Of a stretch of 16,836 nt of DNA, positions 15,833-16,836 are shown piece by piece. Within the stretch, counting starts at the first letter, position 1. The number at the start of each line of letters is the position of its first letter. The position numbers and the translations under genes were made by a program. Under the pieces are notes generated by a model. It was not told the DNA's origin. It ran no database searches and saw only the letters and a list, made by a program, of their open reading frames with translations. This DNA is from an uncultured Candidatus Poseidoniales archaeon (GTDB taxonomy: Archaea; Thermoplasmatota; Poseidoniia; Poseidoniales; CAYMED01), in assembly GCA_964389655.1 (NCBI GenBank), contig CAYMED010000030.1:1-16836 (forward strand). Direction: 5' to 3'.

Positions 15833-16836
15833 TCATCGCGCACGTTGGAAACGCCCATCTTCCAGCCGAACCCACCACGCATCTTGTTCGGTATGTGTGT
15901 ACCATTGTCGCCCTTCATTATCGTTTGTATATTCGCCTCCAGGTGGCAATTCTGACCAATCGATAACTGCTCCAACCGTATCATTAGATTCGTGTGATGC
16001 TCCATATCCCCCGTCGACAAAGGTGGTCATCTCTTCTCCATCTCCTTGGACAAGGAACCGTCGTACACCAAACCATCCCCCTAACCCGATGCCAAGAATC
16101 CCAAGGAGCATAATTATGGGGGCAAGTGTGATTGACCCATCATCCGGAGTCCCTTCACTGGCACCTGCGAGGTCCTTTGAAACTGGACCTGTAGTCGAAT
16201 TGGTTGTAGCATCTTCTATTGACCCATTTTGTGGCAATTGGTCGGGTGGATTGGTTACGGAATCTTGCTCAGAATCATCTTGAAGCGATTTATTAGTCGA
16301 ATTTTCTACAACTTCTTTTGCTGGGTCTTTGTCATCATCTGCTGTTCCATCACTGTTCTCAGATCCTCTTGGAATCAGAGGAGCAGGATCACTACCATCC
16401 ATCAATCCATCTTGATCAGAATCAGGATTCATTGGGTTAAGGGCGTGATCCACTTCCCAGCCATCTGTTAATCCATCCCCATCACTATCGGCATTCTCCC
16501 GATCTGTTCCATGAGCGTCCTCTTCTCCATTCGTTAGTCCATCCATGTCTAGATCAATTTCGAGGTCGTGTGGATCATTTGGTGCAGGATCTGAATGATC
16601 CCCTACTCCATCTCCATCAGAATCAGTATCTTCCTTGGGATCTGTTGGGAATGCATCTACGTCACCACAAACCCCATCTTGGTCAGCATCATTGTCTAGA
16701 TCATTTGCACATGTATCGCAGTCATCTGGTATTCCATCCCCATCTGCATCTATCGCGTCGTCTGATCCTGGACATCTATCCGCATTATCTCCTACTCCAT
16801 CTCCGTCAGAATCAGCATCTTCCTTGGGGTCTGTTG
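15833..16836 (-). CDS. Thrombospondin type-3 (Ca-binding DxDxDG) repeat cell-surface protein, C-terminal part; 5' end outside window
   Basis: The frame stays open from the window edge (TDPKEDADSDGDGVGDNADRCPG...DADGDGIPDDCD...DADQDGVCGDVDAFPTDP...DSDGDGLTDGWE...). It continues into an acidic/Ser-Thr linker, a TM helix (LAPIIMLLGILGIGLGGWFGVRR) and a cytoplasmic tail. Confidence 0.9.
   Translation of the reverse strand, partial: TDPKEDADSDGDGVGDNADRCPGSDDAIDADGDGIPDDCDTCANDLDNDADQDGVCGDVDAFPTDPKEDTDSDGDGVGDHSDPAPNDPHDLEIDLDMDGLTNGEEDAHGTDRENADSDGDGLTDGWEVDHALNPMNPDSDQDGLMDGSDPAPLIPRGSENSDGTADDDKDPAKEVVENSTNKSLQDDSEQDSVTNPPDQLPQNGSIEDATTNSTTGPVSKDLAGASEGTPDDGSITLAPIIMLLGILGIGLGGWFGVRRFLVQGDGEEMTTFVDGGYGASHESNDTVGAVIDWSELPPGGEYTNDNEGRQWYTHTEQDAWWVRLEDGRFQRAR
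16602..16836. repeat. 46-bp intragenic direct repeat (16602-16647 and 16791-16836)
   Basis: cctactccatctcc(a/g)tcagaatcag(t/c)atcttccttggg(a/g)tctgttg: 43/46 identical, 189 bp (63 codons) apart. Confidence 0.9.

Noticed and set aside
16400-16836. Repeats as a CRISPR array
   Set aside because: They are in-frame coding DxDxDG repeats with no constant repeat-spacer period and no cas genes.

Overview
Gene-dense archaeal chromosomal window. It is most consistent with a marine Thermoplasmatota such as Marine Group II/Poseidoniales; this is inferred from a GGTGA-type Shine-Dalgarno, a box C/D sRNA, a lipobox M28 peptidase and a TSP3-repeat surface protein, with no marker gene seen. Left end: a fused FdsG-FdsB (NuoE/NuoF-like) NAD-linked formate dehydrogenase subunit on the minus strand, missed by the ORF track because it runs off the window. 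It is preceded by the last ~23 codons of a P-II-like protein, which join abruptly at ~1387-1390 to the 3' third of an oppositely oriented FdhF/YdeP-family molybdoenzyme gene (an inversion/chimera junction). Then follow a ~6-TM hypothetical protein, an iodotyrosine-deiodinase-type nitroreductase, a minus-strand run (pcm, YheT hydrolase, PrsW protease, DUF92, large membrane protein with a Cys-less thioredoxin-like domain), a MazG-like pyrophosphatase, an M28 peptidase, a small membrane protein, YjbQ, a slyD-TopIB-DUF1499 cluster and a truncated TSP3-repeat surface protein. The best hidden feature is an unannotated 64-nt box C/D guide sRNA (8592-8655, minus strand) between yheT and prsW. Its D guide predicts 2'-O-methylation of the 16S rRNA decoding-site nucleotide C1402 (E. 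coli numbering).
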